Of a stretch of DNA of 64,000 nt, positions 60,227-64,000 are shown in pieces (the stretch's first letter is position 1; each line of letters begins with the position of its first letter). The position numbers and the translations under genes were made by a program. The notes beneath the pieces were generated by a model. That model saw nothing but the letters and a program-made list of their open reading frames with translations, did not search any database and had not been told where the DNA came from. The stretch is taken from assembly GCA_964187785.1 (NCBI GenBank), contig OZ076410.1, forward strand, positions 53,630,001 through 53,694,000, read 5' to 3'. The DNA comes from Amphiscolops sp. MND2022. Taxonomy: Eukaryota.

Positions 60227-63174
60227 GGCTATAGTTGGTGACCTCTAGGGGCGGCCAGGCGTTGCTTTGGCTCGTTGCCTCAGCTCCATCCACAGGATTG
60301 GTGCTGTCGGGGAAGCTCGCGATGATTCGGGCTGGCTCGCCGGAGCTATCTCTGCGTTTTGATCGGCGTTGCAGACGTTGCTTGACATGATTTCTAAAAA
60401 TGTTCGCAATCATCCGTTGTATCTTCAGTATGAGCCTTCTAATGGGAAACTGTCTCTACGTTCCTTGCGAACGAATTGGTGGCATGAAGGCTAACTGCGT
60501 TCCCTGAAGGACTAACGCATGGGTTGTAAGTACTCCCACTACCTCAAGTCCATCATCGGTAGCTAGCTGTGGTGGGTAGTGTTTGGATTATAGCATTTTT
60601 GGAGAATGACTTTGGCTTTTAAATGGCTTGCCTACTCCTTCCCTCGTGAAAATTTGGACTAGAGATGCGTGGAGGGTGTAACTGAAATCTATGGTTTTGT
60701 CGGATCTGGAGATCAAACAAATGGTAATTAGAATTTCGAACTTGTAGCTCACAATGGCATTTTAGTTTCCGGATAGAAATGGTTGGCTTCTGGGCTACGA
60801 ATGGCGCTGTTACGACTGGCTAGGGGGGACTAAGGACTATAAAAACGAAGGAAAGATTTCGATCCTTACTGGGTAACAAAAATAAATTTTTTGAAGTACT
60901 ACGGGAAGGGGTTATTAAGGTAATCTAGACACTAATCTATTTTTTCTTCAGCTGCAGACTGTGTGACAAATATGAAAAAAAGTTTCGACGCTTGAACCTA
61001 GACTTGGGGTGTTTTTCAGAGAAATCACAACTTGGCTCGATTCAGGCGCGTCTTTCTTTGCTCATGCTGCTCTTTTTCGATGAGCACGAGATGAGAAAAA
61101 TTGACTAAATTAGGACTAGGGCAGACCTTGGGGATGATTGTGGAGGCGGAGACTGAATTTTGTATGATTTTTCTTGGTAAGGTAGCGGGATGCTTGGAAA
61201 GTCTAGTTCCAAGTGTAACAGTTACTACTGAATTTGACTTAGTTTCTCGAAACGTACTGTGTATTAACACTTGTGTGCCTTGCGGGTTAAGTCGTACACA
61301 CTTATGGGCGTGGGGGAGGCTGCTGGGAACTTGGTGTGCGCTGTTTTTAGTGAGGTTGCGCACCTAGAAGACTCTTATTGGCAAATATGAGGAACGATTG
61401 GTTCTCAAGTTTCTTACTAGTACGTCTCGTTAACTGTTTTCTCAGGGACCGAAGATTTTAGAGCCGGTTTAGTCTCACTTCAAGTATCTCACTAGGACGT
61501 GCCACACAGAGGAGTGATGTAGTACTAGGGTCGTTTGAGCCTTTACTAGCAACCACACTTGCAAAAGGCGTTTTTTTGTCAAGATGCAGGTGGGAAAGGT
61601 GAAAAGTGCTTATAGCGCTGCTAGCAAACTTTTCACACCGTATACTACCCTGGCCAAAACGTGGGAAATAAACCTCCAATTGCGCTAAAATTGATTGTTT
61701 GAGATGCGATGCCTTGACAATGTTGTTGGAAATTTCGACTATATTGTGAAATTCGAAAAAAGTTGTCAAAATCGCCGCCTAGACGTCCTAGCTACCTGAA
61801 ATTTCGTATGCGAGCGTTAATTACGACCACGTAACCGAAAACCAAAATAGCAAGTTGCCCCGGGCAGTATTCATTAATCCGAGTTGACAAAACTATGATG
61901 GACCCTTAGTACTGCTTTTACGGGTGTACGGAAATGCTAAAATGTCAGTGCTGGGATACCAAGTGCACAAAATAGTGCACTTTGCTCAACTAAAATTCGA
62001 TTTTTTCGACATGTTATACGATTTTTGAGCAAAACTGCGGATAAGATTTCTCAACCACTAGTAGTGCTAACGCTACGAAATTTACCCAACAAACGTAAAG
62101 TTTTGCGGTCTACGCGGTGCGATCTGTCTCAGCAATCATTGGTCGGAATCACTCGCGGTCTTCTGCGTTAGTAACAATATACTCTATACTAACAGGAACG
62201 CAAAACCTGGTACGTTTCAAATGAGGTCTCTCAAAAAATTACAGATCACACTTTTTACACTCTCGGAACAGTACTGAAACAACGTATTTCCACCAAGAAA
62301 ATTATATTTCTATGTACCCAGACGTTTCGAATTGTTTTACCAGTACCGTAAGAAATTGTTAGAATTTTAGTAGGGGACTGGAGTTATTTCAGATCTTATT
62401 TTTGATGTGATTATTCTCTGGTCTATGGCGTCCTCTACTCAGGTCTAGGTAGAACAGAAGAAAGACACATTGAAAAAGTTTCAATTTATATTGGGGAACG
62501 CTAGAAAACGTCTTGCCAGCAGTGTTTCGTACTACCAAGCAAAAAATTAGGGTTTTGGGCTACTCTGAAGTCTCAGGTAAAAATGCCTGAGGCTTTGCAT
62601 TCGTTAAGTTCGGACCAAAAGGCCAAATCTGACTATTTTCCAACAAATATTGTTAAATTTTTTGGTGTTTTCGCAATTTATCAAAACAACTTTTTCTGTT
62701 CCCTACCTGAAAGGTCCGATGGAACGTTTTTATTGTATTCCCACCGGCCGTACCTTTGTCTGAAAATTTTCGGCTTTCGAAAGTCACTAAGTGGAAAATT
62801 GTGCTATATCAGGTGTTATGACTAGCTCGCTATAATTTTTCAGTAAACCTCTGGGTATTTTTCTCAGTTAGTGAGGGTACAGGAAGGCCTGTTAATACGC
62901 TTTTAAAGCTACTATATACAAAAAGAACGAAGTAACCCAGCAGCTGTTGTGGGTGTTGCATATAATGCCTTTATGAAGGTAGAGCCGCGAAGGATGCACC
63001 TTTTCGTCGCTGCTGGTGGGGATCTTCACTCCGCGTCCTCTCAGTTCCAATATATTGCAAACAAGCTGAAATGAGACTGGTAAACCCTTAAAAACAAGAT
63101 CCGGCGAGGCCGGATGAAAAAATCCGAAGGGTACAAAGGGAACAAACGGGGTGCTCTGTTGTTAATTGTCTGAT

Positions 63175-63822
63175 TTTCGTTCCAGATATCCGAAACATGC
63201 AGGAAACGCAAGAATTCTGTTAGAAGGGAGCCTAATAGGCTTGACTAAGGCAATGTGCCGGCTCTCCGGGGCAAAGCTCCGAGGAAATGTGCCGGCACTC
63301 TCAAAATACGGACACGTCCCGCAAGCCTGTAAAAACGAATCCGGGTTCCTGTGACTTCCTACATACTCTCGAGGTCCGAAAACATGTATCTAGCAAAAGT
63401 TCATTCTATTAGGTTAATAGTAACTAAAACGACAAATTGGAATCTAGTAGATCCGGTACCATCACCAATATCCTAAATAACATTCAAAACGACAAAATTA
63501 ATTGAAATCAAAACTTTCAGCATTCTCACAAAGTTTTCTGTGTGTTCCGGGCGAACCGTCGAAAGGTTGCTTTGTTCTTTTGAGTCTTTTCAGACGTTTC
63601 CTGGGGTTAGACGGAAGAACACCATGTTTTTCCGTCGATCTTCGGCTTTTCTGGCTTTTGTGTCTGTCTTTTCTGCGCTTTCATGGGTTCCGGGGTCTTC
63701 TTTTGCGGTCTTCTTGCGTCTTTTTTGATTTCAGGGACTCTTTGCAAAGACACTCGCATGGTTCACCTGGCGATTTAATTTTCTGGGAGATTTTGACTTC
63801 AGATTTTCAAACTTACTGACGC
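63175..63822 (-). repeat. LTR-like copy, candidate 5' LTR of Gypsy-2
   Basis: Roughly 85-90% identical by eye to 24640-25100 over the core; termini degraded; no PBS found. Confidence 0.55.
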
Positions 63823-64000
63823 ATTTCCCACCAGGGCTGCCCTGAAGGTTTCGATGCACACAATCTGGGAAAAGTCACGATTGCCTAACTAAAGCCAAAT
63901 ACTGCTGGGAATAGAAGATTACAAACCAAGTGAAACTAATGAAGCTAAAGTAACCAGTGACAAGATATCACTTTGAAAAACGAAATTCAAAACCAAAATT

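Larger units (their letters stand above)
52354..60413 (-). mobile_element. Ty3/Gypsy retrotransposon gag-pol (Gypsy-2), heavily decayed
   Basis: Domain order gag-PR-RT-RH-IN is diagnostic of Ty3/Gypsy; many frameshifts and stops. Confidence 0.93.

Overview
Eukaryotic, AT-rich nuclear DNA, probably from an invertebrate animal; the species cannot be established from the sequence. The window is dominated by nested, decayed mobile elements. The main feature is a complete-boundary 21,472-bp Polinton/Maverick (endogenous adintovirus-like DNA virus) at 30882-52353. It has 5'-AG...CT-3' ends, ~50-75-bp TIRs and a perfect 6-bp GTGGTT target-site duplication. All of its genes are on the minus strand: pPolB, PLA2-like protein, packaging ATPase, rve integrase, penton, basic core protein, double jelly-roll major capsid protein (open ORF) and adenain protease. 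It inserted into an unusually long minus-strand Ty3/Gypsy element (gag-PR-RT-RH-IN at 52.4-60.4 kb). Removing the Polinton rejoins the post-integrase reading frame in phase with a left-hand segment (25.6-30.9 kb) that appears to encode TARG1-like macrodomain(s) and a further Zn-finger/SGNH-like ORF. Upstream of all Polinton genes is an array of ~15 palindromic double-E2F-like motifs that includes a perfect 68-bp palindrome. The left 25 kb holds one convincing host gene, a two-exon class A GPCR with a GC-AG intron. It also holds an internally deleted Gypsy element with nested MITE and hAT insertions, a Tc2/pogo-type MITE, two Helentron-type (DINE-1-like) elements (one carrying a Pol III A/B-box promoter), LTR fragments and a 200-N assembly gap. 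All protein assignments come from motif recognition by eye and recalled family patterns; no database search was run.
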